50,732 bases of DNA from Octopus bimaculoides. Its lineage: Eukaryota. A model generated the notes under the pieces. The model had not been told where the DNA came from and did no database searches. It was given only the letters and a program-made list of their open reading frames with translations. Positions 37,855 through 49,644 of this stretch are shown piece by piece. Where the stretch lies: positions 29,403,191-29,453,922 of the forward strand of contig NC_069000.1 of NCBI RefSeq assembly GCF_001194135.2, given 5' to 3'. Within the stretch, counting starts at the first letter, position 1; every line of letters starts with the position of its first letter. The translations under genes and the position numbers were made by a program.

Positions 37855-38261
37855 ATGCATATATGGGTACAGGACATTAAAAAAATGTAGACAGAATGAA
37901 AAACGAAAACATAAAAAACAAAAACATAGAAAACAAACTTTTTTCCAAACAACGGGAAAAAAACAGAGAAACGAGACATGCAACACAAAGAACACTCCCC
38001 ACATCAGTAGTCCCCTGTTTTATCCACTCTGCATTTCGAAGGTAAAGGCAATACGTGACTTTGTTAAAACAGTCCCTCCCGCAAAGCAAATCAAACAAAA
38101 TTTGGACCTTTTGCGGAGGGCGAAAGTGGTAACAAAAACAGGACAGTGAGAACAAAACAGCAAAAACAAACAGTGAGGGCTGTTAAGCCAAGATGATGTG
38201 AAGTTGTGGACACTGGGAAAACGAGCCACATTTTTTTGATGTCCTGTACCCATATATGCAT
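37855..38261. mobile_element. 407-bp non-autonomous element with ~34-bp TIRs, embedded in TA microsatellite (unit A)
   Basis: atgcatatatgggtacaggacattaaaaaaatgt / acatttttttgatgtcctgtacccatatatgcat. Confidence 0.75.
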
Positions 38262-38576
38262 GTATATATACGTACATGTATACATGGATATATGCATATA
38301 TTTATATTATTATATGATCAAACACCATGCATCCTTTTCCAAGTAGGTTTTATCTTCATAATTATGATGCGCACTCTTATTCTATCTCTTCTCTATCTGT
38401 CTCCCTCTCTTGTTCTTTTTCCTTTCTGTTTTTCTCTCCCACCCTTTCCCTGTTCTTTTCCTCTCCCCTTCACCGTTCTCTCTCTCTCTCACTCTTATGT
38501 GAAGAAAGGCCACCATCTTTCTTTCTTCCACTTCCTTCCTAAAGACAAGACGTGTTTTTTTCTATCTCTTCTTGGA

Positions 38577-39213
38577 GCTCGTTTTTCCAGCGTTCACAAC
38601 TTCACATCGTCTTGGCTTAACAGCCCTCACTTATCTTTATATCTTTTCTTCCCCTCTCGTTCTTCCTCCTGTTGTTCTTCGCCTCTCCCCTTCACTACTA
38701 TATATATCTTTCTCTCTTCCTCCCTGTCTCTCGTTGCTCACCTATATTCTACTTCCTCCCCTTTTTTCTCCCTCTACCACTCTTTCTCCTTACCCCTCAC
38801 TGGTCACATGTGTCTGGCTACTTCTTCCTTTCCAAGGCCATTGCCAAGCTCGCACGAACTTCCTTCTTCTCTCTTCCTTCCAGTTCGTCACATCACATCA
38901 TTCAGGATACATATATATTTTTTTCACGCCTGGCCTTATAGCCCTTCTTGTTTATTTTCACTGTTTCGTTTTCCTGTATTGTTTTCAGTCCGCCGCTACA
39001 TTCCTCCGTGTTACAAATTTAATTTGTTTCCGCGGGAAGAGCCATTCTAACAATGCGTCCTGCCCTAACTCTTCGAAACACTTAGTTTTAGAATGGTAGC
39101 AGCTGATGAAAGAAATGTTCTCTATGTGGCCTGTGTGTTTTCTGTGCTCTGTTTATGTTCTGTTTCTTATTTTGTCCACGTTTTTTTGCAACGTCCTGTA
39201 CCCAGATATGCAT
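38577..39213. mobile_element. Diverged relative of unit A in the opposite orientation, with one TIR (unit B)
   Basis: 38577-38630 matches the reverse complement of 38173-38226; 39150-39213 matches that of 37855-37920; the internal blocks are homologous. Confidence 0.7.
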
Positions 39214-39220
39214 CTATCTA

Positions 39221-39291
<71 letters not shown>

Positions 39292-39293
<2 letters not shown>

Positions 39294-39765
39294 TCATCAT
39301 CATTTAACGTCTGCTTTGCATGCTAGCATGGGTTGGACGATTTGACTGAGGACTGGTGAACCAGATGGCTACACCAGGCTCCGATCTGATTTGGCAGAGT
39401 TTCTACAGTTGGATGCCCTTCCTAATGGCAACCACTCAGAGAGTGTAGTGGGTGCTTTTACCTGCCACCAGCACGAAGGCCAGTCAGGATGTACTGGCAA
39501 TGGCCATGCTCGAAATGGTGTATTTTACATGCCACCTGCACAGGAACAAGTCCAGCGGTACTGGCAACAATCTCACTCGAATTTCTTTTCACGTACCACT
39601 GGCACAAGAGCCAGGTAGGCGAGATTGGTAACGATCACGCTCAGATGGTGCTATTTACGTGCCACCGGCACGGAAGCCAGACAGCTGCTCTGGCAATGAT
39701 CATGCTCTTAGTGCTCCACTGGTACTGGTGCTATCATGATTTCGTTTTCGCTTGCCTCAACAGAG
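39292..39765 (-). mobile_element. RTE 3' UTR/tail with tandem hairpin array
   Basis: (cat)n-ttaacgtc..catgctagcatgggttggacg tail and about 4.5 units carrying tgccac(c/t)(g)gcac; highly similar to 42126-42595. Confidence 0.85.
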
Positions 39766-40071
39766 ACGTTGGCATGGGTGCCAGTCTACAAATTTAGTTC
39801 GATTTCGATATGATATATATAGAGATATATATATGATATATACAGATATATAAATGATATATATATATGATATACATATATATATATGATATACATATAT
39901 ATATATGATATATATATGTATGATATATATATATATATATGATATATATATGTATGATATATATATATATATATGATATATATATATATGATATATATAT
40001 GTATGATATATATATATATATATATAAAAATTTAAGGAATGGAGAAAACGCATGTTATAATTGCATACTTT

Positions 40072-40157
40072 ATTCCTACATATGTTTCAAAGGATTACAA
40101 CCTATGTGATCCATAGGGATCTGTTATGTTAAAATTGTAACCTTCTCTTCAGGGAAT
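40072..40157 (-). ncRNA. Type I hammerhead ribozyme (PLE-type, palindromic helix III)
   Basis: Minus strand: AUUCC-CUGAAGA-GAAGGUUACAA-(34-nt loop)-UUGUAA(U)CCUUU-GAAA-C-AUAU-G-U-A-GGAAU. Helix I 5 bp; helix II 11 bp (G10.1-U11.1 wobble, one bulge); helix III ACAUAUGU is a perfect palindrome. Predicted cleavage after GUA, between 40077 and 40076. Confidence 0.85.
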
Positions 40158-40442
40158 CATCTTAAAAGGAAGACATTATGNNNNNNNNNNNNNNNNNNNN
40201 NNNNNNNNNNNNNNNNNNNNNNNNNNNNNNNNNNNNNNNNNNNNNNNNNNNNNNNNNNNNNNNNNNNNNNNNNNNNNNNNNNNNNNNNNNNNNNNNNNNN
40301 NNNNNNNNNNNNNNNNNNNNNNNNNNNNNNNNNNNNNNNNNNNNNNNNNNNNNNNNNNNNNNNNNNNNNNNNNNNNNNNNNNNNNNNNNNNNNNNNNNNN
40401 NNNNNNNNNNNNNNNNNNNNNNNNNNNNNNNNNNNNNNNNNN

Positions 40443-40495
<53 letters not shown>

Positions 40496-40496
40496 T

Positions 40497-40680
40497 ATGT
40501 ACTGTTTTATCATCCACTTTTCCATACCTGCATGGATGAAATGGAATTTGTTGAGGTGGATTTTCTATGGTCAGATGCTCTCCCTCTTACAGCTCCAACT
40601 GTTTCCAAGTAACGTAATATTTCCCTCATAATCAGACATACTTTTATGGAAAACTGAAAACAAAGGACACCGTATTTATT
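40497..40680 (-). mobile_element. Degenerate RTE-type 3' tail
   Basis: catccacttttccatacctgcatggat..agatgctctccctct..gtaatatttccc. Confidence 0.6.
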
Positions 40681-40904
40681 CTAAATATGTTGCTCTTAAA
40701 GATCATCCTAGCTGATAGCGTATATACATGTAAGTTAGGCCCACTTGCATATACTGTAATATAATAATATGGTGTTTAATGATCTGTTATTGACTGAGCT
40801 TCTAATTACCATGGATTATTTTTCAATGTTTACGTATCAATTCCCTCAGTCTTTCACCTTCTCTGTGTGTCTGTATGTATGTATATATATGTGTGTATGT
40901 GTAC

Positions 40905-41262
40905 ACAATAGCTGAGTGACAAGAAGCTTGCTTCCCAATCACAAAGTTCCAGGTTCAGTCCAATTGCATGGCACCCTGGGCAAGTGTCTTCTTCTATAGC
41001 CTCAGGCCAACCAAAGCCTTGTGAGTGGATTTGGTAGATGGAAATTGAAAGAAGCACATTGTATATATATGTGTGTGTGTGTGTCTCTCTCTTTCTCTTT
41101 GTGCCTGTGTTTGTCCCTCATCACCACTTGACAACTGGTGTTGGTTTGTTTATGTCACCATAACTTAGTGGTTCAACAAAAAAAGTAATGGGGTCTATTC
41201 ATGTGACTAAAAGTTCAAGGCAGTGCCCCAGCATGGCCATGGTCTAACGACTGAAAAAGGTA
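40905..41262 (+). mobile_element. SINE-A copy
   Basis: aagaagcttgcttcccaatcac..ggcaagtgtcttc..ccaaagccttgtgagtggatttggtag..tgcccc agcatggcc..gactgaaa. Confidence 0.85.
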
Positions 41263-41372
41263 AATATATATATGTATATATTTATTTTATTATAAATGCA
41301 AAACAACACCACAGAGGAATTGATGTAACCTTAAACAATAAACCACGATTTGGCAAGGGATTACTGTGTGTA

Positions 41373-41405
<33 letters not shown>

Positions 41406-41908
41406 TATATATCAGAGGCGACTCTTGGTCATCAGCGTCACTCGGGCTCATCACAGATCAGAGTTCACATGACACATGTCTACTTGTAGAATTTCACATT
41501 TTTCCGCTTTATTTCTAGCCCCAAATGGTTTATTTTTTTTTATATCTAGCACTATATGTCTTTCTCCATTTCTAAGTTAAGGGTAAAAATAAAGCAATAC
41601 TGCAAAACATACACAAAGATGCACAGAATAACAGCATTCAAATAACGACAGAGGAGTGCACAACAAACATCAGCGATTTGACTGTTGCCTATACTCTTGA
41701 CAAGAGATGCCAATTAGTTTTTTACACCTGTCTGGCTCGTTTATATTAGCCCGAGTTGCTGGATAATTTTTCACCCCTTTTTATGTATCTATTAGCCCTT
41801 GTGACCAATAAAAGAATAAATCATTATTAATCAAAAGAAGTTTCATGTATTGGCACTTAGATAAGTGTGAATGCATGAACTCATGTCCCTTCAGTTATTG
41901 TAACTTAT

Positions 41909-41946
<38 letters not shown>

Positions 41947-41949
<3 letters not shown>

Positions 41950-42110
41950 CACAAGCATAGCTGTGTGGTAAGAAGCTTGCTTCCCAACCACATGGTTCCA
42001 GGTTCAGGCCCACTGTGTGGCATCTTGAGCAAGTGTCTTCTACTATAGCCTCAGGCTGACCAAAGCCTTGTGAGTGGACTTGGTAGACAGAAACCGGAAG
42101 TCCATTGTGT
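41947..42110 (+). mobile_element. SINE-A 5' half
   Basis: ggcacaagcatagctgtgtggtaagaagcttgcttcccaaccac..ggtagacagaaacc. Confidence 0.85.
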
Positions 42111-42125
42111 GTGTATGTGTGTATA

Positions 42126-42595
42126 TATCATCATCATCATCATCGTTTAAACGTCCGCTTTCCATGCTAGCATGGGTTGGACGATTTGACTGAGGACTGG
42201 TGAACCAGATGGCTACACCAGGCTCCAATCTGATTTGGCAGAGTTTCTACAGCTGGATGCCCTTCCTAATGCCAACCACTCTGAGAGTGTAGTGGGTGCT
42301 TTTACGTGCCACTGGCACGAAGGCCAGTCAGAAGGTACTGGCAATGGCCGTGTTCGAAATGGTGTATTTTACGTGCCACCTGCACACGGGCCAGTCCAGC
42401 GGTACTGGCAACGAACTCGCTCGAATGTCTTTTCACGTGCCACTGGCACAAGAGCCAGGAAGGCAACGTTGGTAACGGTCACGCTCAAATGGTGCTATTT
42501 ACGTGCCACCGGCACGAAAGCCACACAGCTGGTGCTCAGGCAACGAACACGCTCGGACGGTGCTCTTAGTGATTTACTGGCACAGGTGCTATTTA
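42126..42595 (-). mobile_element. RTE 3' UTR/tail with tandem hairpin array (young-looking copy)
   Basis: Same tail as 39292; array units start at 42301, 42368, 42431, 42498 and about 42566. Confidence 0.88.
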
Positions 42596-42751
42596 CTGAC
42601 ACACACACACACACACATACAAGGGTTTAAAAAAAGTACTGGTGTCAATTCAATTCAACTAAAAATTCTTCAAGGTGATACCCCAGCACGGTCTCAGTCT
42701 AATAACTAAAACATGTATATGTATGTATATATAAATGTGTGTGCGTGTGCA

Positions 42752-43790
42752 TGATGGTCGTAAAGGAAATTAGGAGTAGCTGGATGGCTTGTGAAAGCTG
42801 TACAGCTTATGTACAATGATGCAATAAGTAAAGTGAATATCAACAATGATTGCAGTAACGGATGGAGCATGAAGATAAGAGTCCATGAAGGGCTCAGGCC
42901 TTAGCCTTCTTCTATCCATCTTATTCCTACAGGCCATCACAGAATTGCTATCCATGGGAACTCCTATATGCTGATGATCTAGTTCTCATAGCTGGATTTA
43001 TAGTAAAATTAGAAAGAAAATTCCAAGCATGGAAGCTAAACCTAAAATAGAGATGACTCAAAAAAAACTTAGCAAAGACTTAGCGAACATTTTAGCAAAT
43101 GAGAAAGAAAATGGATCCTGGATTCAACAAGGAAATGGCCTTGCTCAGCTTGCAAAAAAGGAGGTGAAGTGGAATCACAGGTAGACAAACTGAGAAAGTA
43201 ATTTCATATGTAACAAATGCACTGGAGCAATATGTACAATAAGTTCACAGAGAATAGATCCTCTTAAATATCCAGATGGTTCACTAAAAGTAGTTGATAG
43301 CTTCTGATACCTAGAAGACATAATTAGCAGGGGAAGTAGTTGCTCTGAAAGTATAGTAGCCAGGGTAAGAACAAGTTGGAAAAAGTTCAAGGAGCCATTA
43401 CCACTGCTGCCAACAAAGGTCTTTCCCTTGGAGTGGAGGACAGATCATAAGACACTAGCATTCAGAATTGTGATGCTGTATGGTAGTGAGATATAGGCCT
43501 TGAATACAGAGGTTTTAATAAGACTATAAAGAAATGTAGCTAGCATGCTCAATGCATGAACAACCTAAGACAGAAACTGGGTATATGAATCGTGTAGTGT
43601 ACAAGAGATGAGGCTTCACTGGTACAGGCATGTGATGTGTATGCAGGAAGACTGCTGCACTCCAAGTTAGTGGTAACAGTGGACAATCGAGACCAAGGAT
43701 GACTTGGTACAAAAGGAAGGCTAACCTTAAGGTGCTACATCTTATGGAGATTCCACTACACCTCTGGTGGTAGCAGTGCTACAGAGGACT
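42752..43790 (+). mobile_element. RTE-clade LINE RT pseudogene
   Basis: Degenerate RKLGV-GWLVKAVQLMYND..VH-G-GLS-LL..PWELLYADDLVLIA..WKLNL..CSESIVARVRTSWKKFKE-LPLL..IVMLYGSE; contains the YADD catalytic motif. Confidence 0.88.
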
Positions 43791-43874
43791 CGTTCATGCA
43801 TAGAAAAATTCACTCTGATGCAAGGATAGTGGTTAAGAAGTTGTAACACATACATGTGTATGTATGTGTATATC

Positions 43875-44175
43875 TTTTATCTTTTACTTGTTCAAGACAT
43901 TAGACTGTGGCCATGCTTGGGTACTGCCTTGAGGAATTTTAGTTGAACTAATCACCCGCAATACTTATTTTCTTTTTAAGTCTGGTACTTATTTTATCAG
44001 CCTCTTTTGCTAAACCACTACGTTACAGGGACATAAACACACCAACACCAGTTGTCAAGCAGTGGTGGGGGACAAACACAGACACAAAGACACACACACA
44101 TAGATATATATGGCGGTCTTCTTTCAGTTTCCATCTACCAAATCCACTCACAAAGGTTTTAGTTGGCCCAAGGCT
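43875..44175 (-). mobile_element. SINE-A copy
   Basis: cttttatcttttacttg..gactgtggccatgc..cttctttcagtttccatctaccaaatccactcacaaagg. Confidence 0.85.
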
Positions 44176-44179
44176 CATC

Positions 44180-45089
44180 TTACCATTCACTGCCTTACAT
44201 CTTTCCTTCAAGACTCCTATCTCTTCATCATTCACTACATACTCTCTCTTGGGTTATCTGAATTGCCACCCAATATCTCTTCTTACTTTTATCTCACGAC
44301 CTACTATTACACTTCTAGGATGGTTTCTAGCCTTTCTTTCCCTTCCTTTACCCACACACTATTCACCCCCTAATCTTAACCTGCCATCCTCTTAACTGCC
44401 TCTCCATTGAGAATGCTTTTGAGGCATTCAAACTCTGCTCTTCATCTCCCTATCTCTATGTTATCCTCCACTATTTCCTTCCAACCCATCACTCTGTCTT
44501 CTTTTCTCTCCCTACCCTCCACCTCCCACAACTTCTATACTTTCTCATCTTTCTCCTGCTACAAAATGCACACTCCTCTATCAATCAAGGATCCTTCTCT
44601 ACTTCAGTTTATTGCTCCCTTCCTATCCCCTTTCCCTCACACCTTATGTCCATACATGCTCTTGGACAGCCCTAGACCTACACCTTACACAACTCATCTT
44701 GCAACTTTTCAGCTGCATCTTTCCCTTTTTCTCAGTAAACTGTGTCACTGGCCCCTTCTTTCTTCTCTGTTACTAGCCATACTCCTCCATCCTCTCCTCT
44801 TACCATCCCTCATCCCCTTGCCTAGCATCATCACCTATTTTCTCTTCTTCTTCAGTTATGGGGCCCACTTTAGACCCTTAATCATGCAAGTTACAATGTA
44901 ATCGTCACTAGTGAAGATGCCATAAAACAAAAAGGCACCCAGTACACTCTCTAAATTGGTTGACATTAGGAAGGGCACTCAGCCATAGAAGTAATACCAA
45001 AGTAGGCAATGGAACATAGCACAGCCCTCTGACTTGTCAGATCCTGTCAATTCAACCAAACTCTTGTTCAGAAATCAAACATTAAATAA

Positions 45090-45125
<36 letters not shown>

Positions 45126-46075
45126 TCATCATTTGGTCTCTGTTTCCATGCTGGATGGGCTAGACAATTTGACTGAAGCTGCTAAGCTGGAGAGCTGCAC
45201 CAGATTCCAGTCTGGTTTGGCATTGGCTTGATGCCCTTCCTAACACCAACAAGAGTATAATGGGTACTTTTTACGAGCCATTGGCACGGGTGCCAGTTAT
45301 GTGTCAATGGCATTGGTCAAAGTGTTAAATCCTTCGTAGCTATATTACACAAACACACACACATGTATGTATATACACAAAGGCATACATATATACACAA
45401 AGTGAGAGAGGGGGGTAGGGTGCAATATTCACACTCTGCTCTTTCCTTTCTCTCTACCCCTATGGTACCCTCTAGCCTCTTTCTTTCAATGACTCAGGAT
45501 TCTTCTCTACTCTAGCTTACTACTCCCTTTTTGTCCCCTTTCCTTAACACCTTCTACCCATAAATGCCCTTACAATGTAGCAGAACCCAAGATCCCTCTA
45601 CACACCCTATCACTCCGCCTTTTCACTCTTGTCCTTCACATATTTCAATAAACCTGACACTAATATCTTCCCTTTCCCCTACGCCCTACCATACTTCCAT
45701 TCCCAATTAGTGCCGACTATACTCATCTGTTACACTTTCCACTATTACCCAATTACAATTATAAATCAACTCCCCTGTCTTAGCTTCCTTCATCACCCTG
45801 CCTAAAATCATATTGCTCCACTCTTCTATACTCCCTCAGGTACAGGAGGCCAATTTAGGCCCTTTGCATTGTAAGTGACAAAGCTACCTTCACTAATGCA
45901 AATGTACTGAAAAAAAGGACCCAATACACTCTGTAAAATGATTGCCATTAGCAAGGGCATCCAACCAGAAGAACCATGGCAAAGTGATACTTGGAGCTTG
46001 ATGTAGTCTGTAAACTTGTCAGGTCAAACTGTCCAGCTCATGACAGCATAGAAGCTAGATGTTAAATGATGATAA
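44180..46075. mobile_element. RTE 3' region fragments: 44180-45065 (+, pyrimidine spacer and tail), 45122-45320 (-, tail), 45420-46075 (+, spacer and tail)
   Basis: Same architecture as 1900-2856 (pyrimidine-rich spacer, then agtacactct(g/c)taaa..gggcat(c/c)cag..). Confidence 0.7.
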
Positions 46076-46154
46076 TATACACATAAATACACAAACATAT
46101 ATATCTACATATATGTGCCTACACACATAACTATACATGCTCATACATAAGCTT

Positions 46155-46186
<32 letters not shown>

Positions 46187-46189
46187 CGT

Positions 46190-46580
46190 GGAGGCGCAAT
46201 GGCCCAGTGGTTAGGGCAGCGGACTCGCGGTCATAGGATCAGTTTCGATTCCCAGACCGGGCGTTGTGAGTGTTTATTGAGCAAAAACACCTAAAGCTCC
46301 ACGAGGCTCTGGCAGGGAGTGGTGGCGAACCCTGCTGTACTCTTTTACCACAACTTTCTCTCACTCTTACTTCCTGTTTCTGTTGTGCCTGTAACTCAAA
46401 GGGTCAGCCTCGTCACACTGTGTCACGCTGAATCTCCCCGAGAACTACGTTAAGGGTACACGTGTCTGTGGAGTGCTCAGCCACTTGCACGTTAATTTCA
46501 CAAGCAGGCTGTTCCATTGATCGGATCAACTGGAACACTCGACGTCGTAAGTGACGGAGTGTCAACAACAACACCAACAA
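46190..46580 (+). mobile_element. Full-length young tRNA-derived SINE-C
   Basis: Pol III A box TGGCCCAGTGG (46200-46210), B box GTTTCGATTCC (46242-46252), CpG-rich body, 3' hairpin 46511-46536 and (CAA)n tail. Resembles tRNA-derived octopus SINEs (family name not verified). Confidence 0.88.
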
Positions 46581-46633
46581 ATATATATATATACACACAC
46601 ACACACACATACATATGCACATATATACATGTA

Positions 46634-47075
46634 TATCATCATCCTCATTTTAATGTCCACTTTCTTATGCTTGCATGGGTCAAACAGCATTTATTGAGGC
46701 ATATACTCTATGGCTGGATGCCTTTACTGTCAACACATCCATTTCCAAACTAGAAAACATTTCCCGTTGGCTAGACATGATCTCAAAGAATCCTGGAAAT
46801 GAATGACACTGCTTGCATGACAGTGACACTTGTTTACAACTATCACACAATATCAAGGAAACACATACACACACACTCACACACATACATAAATATACAC
46901 ACATGATTCACATAGATATACATGATGGACTTCAATTTCTGTCAGCCAAAGTATATTTATAGGTTTTGGTCAGCCTGAGGCTAGAGGAGAAGATATTTAT
47001 GCTCTGCAGTAGGATTGAACCTGAAAGTATGTGGTTGGAAAGCAAATTTCTTACCATGCAGCCACACCTGGGCCT
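46634..47075 (-). mobile_element. RTE-type tail (46634-46860) and SINE-A 5' half (46915-47075)
   Basis: catcatcctcattttaatgtccac..ggatgcc; ggttttggtcagcctgaggctagagg..ggttggaaagcaaatttcttaccatgcagccac. Confidence 0.7.
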
Positions 47076-47109
47076 CTGTATATGTATGTGTGTGTGTGTG
47101 TGTGTGTAT

Positions 47110-47245
47110 GGCAAGCCAAATGAGACCATAACCCGAGGCCTCTGCCAGGGGTGTAGCCAGCCCACTTACGCGTACATTTCCTTCATTGGACACTAAACTC
47201 CGCTTGCAAAAACCTGTTGGGGCAAGTGAATTTGAAATCATGTTG
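47110..47245 (+). mobile_element. RTE ORF end/proximal 3' UTR fragment
   Basis: cctgttggggcaagtgaa matches the reverse complement of ttcgcttgcctcaacag at about 39746-39762, the distal end of the RTE tail copy. Confidence 0.55.
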
Positions 47246-47269
47246 GCACACATACGCACATAGATGCAA

Positions 47270-47421
47270 CTATGTCGTTGAGTACTTTGCTTCCCAAACA
47301 CGAAGTTCCAAGTTCAGTCACATAGCATGGCAACTTGGGCAAGTGCCTGTTACGTTAAGCCCCAGGCTAACTAAAACTTAGTGAGTGAATTTGGCAGATG
47401 GAAACTGAAAGAGGCTCATTG

Positions 47422-47464
<43 letters not shown>

Positions 47465-47678
47465 GTATATATCTATGTCCCCTCCACCGCTGCTTGATAA
47501 TCGGTGTTGGTGTGTTTACATCCCCATAACTTAATAGTTCAGCAAAAGAGACTGATAGAATAAATACTAGGCTTTAAAAAATAAGTCTTGGGGTTGATTT
47601 GTCTGGTTAAAACCTTTCACGGCAGTGCCGCAGCCTGATCACAGTTTAAAATGACTGAAACAAGGAAAAGATAAAAGA
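47270..47678 (+). mobile_element. SINE-A copy
   Basis: ttgcttcccaaac..gggcaagtgcc..gatggaaactgaaagagg..cagcaaaagagactgatagaataa..tgactgaaacaaggaaaagataaaag. Confidence 0.85.
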
Positions 47679-48208
47679 TGTGTGTAGATGTGTATGTCTT
47701 ATTCATGCATTTTATAAATTCTTATCTGTGTTGTTGAAATACATGCTGCTTGGCCACTACAGTTATTTCTTTTAGTTCATTTTGTTTATTTAAGCAAATG
47801 ATCTGGGATGAAATGTGTTCTGCTATTATACTATATGACTAAGTATCTCATTCTGCTGGAGACAGACTAGGACAACTACTGCGCCGATGATGCCTTTGCA
47901 AAAGAAACAAGCACTCAGAGCTCCTTTTGTCTAGAGACAATCAGTCTCACTTTTCTATAATGGCATGCTAATTTTGGAGAATTCTTCATTCTTGCTATTA
48001 TCTCCCCTTCTCATTTAGAGATGGCTCCAATTGCTTCTAGGCAAAATAACTTCTCTGGAAACAGTAAATCAAGAATTAATCTACTATGGTATTTAATACA
48101 CTTTTATTAGCTTTTGTTGTTCAGATTTATGCCACTCATTACTCTGAGATATTTCCCTAAGTTCATTTTCTTTTCATTTATATATATATATATGTGTGTG
48201 TGTCTGTG

Positions 48209-48259
<51 letters not shown>

Positions 48260-48854
48260 NNNNNNNNNNNNNNNNNNNNNNNNNNNNNNNNNNNNNNNNN
48301 NNNNNNNNNNNNNNNNNNNNNNNNNNNNNNNNNNNNNNNNNNNNNNNNNNNNNNNNNNNNNNNNNNNNNNNNNNNNNNNNNNNNNNNNNNNNNNNNNNNN
48401 NNNNNNNNNNNNNNNNNNNNNNNNNNNNNNNNNNNNNNNNNNNNNNNNNNNNNNNNNNNNNNNNNNNNNNNNNNNNNNNNNNNNNNNNNNNNNNNNNNNN
48501 NNNNNNNNNNNNNNNNNNNNNNNNNNNNNNNNNNNNNNNNNNNNNNNNNNNNNNNNNNNNNNNNNNNNNNNNNNNNNNNNNNNNNNNNNNNNNNNNNNNN
48601 NNNNNNNNNNNNNNNNNNNNNNNNNNNNNNNNNNNNNNNNNNNNNNNNNNNNNNNNNNNNNNNNNNNNNNNNNNNNNNNNNNNNNNNNNNNNNNNNNNNN
48701 NNNNNNNNNNNNNNNNNNNNNNNNNNNNNNNNNNNNNNNNNNNNNNNNNNNNNNNNNNNNNNNNNNTCTTAAAGAATAATAAATTTGAACTCTATCAAAA
48801 GTATCGTGTAATCCTTCAGTTTCATGTAAACTTCTTTTTTTGTAACACAGAAAC

Positions 48855-48917
<63 letters not shown>

Positions 48918-48924
48918 CACACAC

Positions 48925-49075
48925 ACATCGTCAAATTAACTGCCCAATGTGCTTGGCATGATTTGGATGGTTCGACAGCACCCAACAAGAGGACGTCATG
49001 CACCAATGTTAGTTTTGGCATGCTTTCTACAACTGGATGCTCTTCTTAATGCCAACCACTTCACAGTGTATTGGG
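48925..49075 (-). mobile_element. RTE-type 3' tail variant
   Basis: ttttggcatgctttctacaactggatgctcttcttaatgccaaccacttcacagtgtattggg. Confidence 0.65.
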
Positions 49076-49199
49076 TATATACATACATACATATGTACAC
49101 GTATGTGTGATAACTATATATATTAGCACACACACACATGCACATACAATATAGATATACTATAAGAAAAACAAAACCTTTTTGATATCTTTATGCCAT

Positions 49200-49241
49200 T
49201 ATATACACATGTTTCAATGATTTATATATTTCATCAGTATA
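49200..49241 (-). ncRNA. Minimal/degenerate type I hammerhead ribozyme
   Basis: Minus strand: UAUA-CUGAUGA-AAU(AUAUAAAUC)AUU-GAAA-C-AUGU-G-U-A-UAUA. The core is complete, but helix I (4 bp) and helix II (3 bp) are all A-U. Confidence 0.6.
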
Positions 49242-49429
49242 TCAGCAAATAGTACAACTTTTCAAAGGTAATACACCTTTATACACCTCTAATCATGCAA
49301 AATATGAATGAACAAACTTTTATATGAAATAAGAAACAATGACAAACCTAGAGAGGGAAAGATAGATAGATAAGGTTTAAATTAACTAAAAACATAAAAG
49401 ATCTAGACATTTACAGTAATAACAAATAT

Positions 49430-49611
49430 AATATAACACACCTTCAGATAGATAGAAAAAAGTGTATACAAAAATGTGTGTACATACAGATATAGAAACG
49501 CACACACACATATATATATATATATATACACATATATACACATACATATATACATACATAGATATACATACACATATATATATACACATACATATATATA
49601 CACATATACAT

Positions 49612-49644
<33 letters not shown>

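Noticed and set aside
41415-41455. Minus-strand CTGATGA-CCAAGAGTC as a hammerhead
   Set aside because: No GAAA after the putative helix II.
42301-42595. True CRISPR array
   Set aside because: Spacers are related to each other, the array is inside a eukaryotic LINE tail, and there are no cas genes.
46190-46262. tRNA gene
   Set aside because: A and B boxes are present, but the cloverleaf is incomplete and the sequence continues into a SINE body and tail.
47135-47235. HDV-like ribozyme in the RTE fragment
   Set aside because: A P4-like hairpin and a TCC are present, but I could not build P1, P2 or P3 pairings.
48017-48085. Plus-strand exon after a long pyrimidine tract
   Set aside because: Weak, ambiguous donors and no recognisable peptide.
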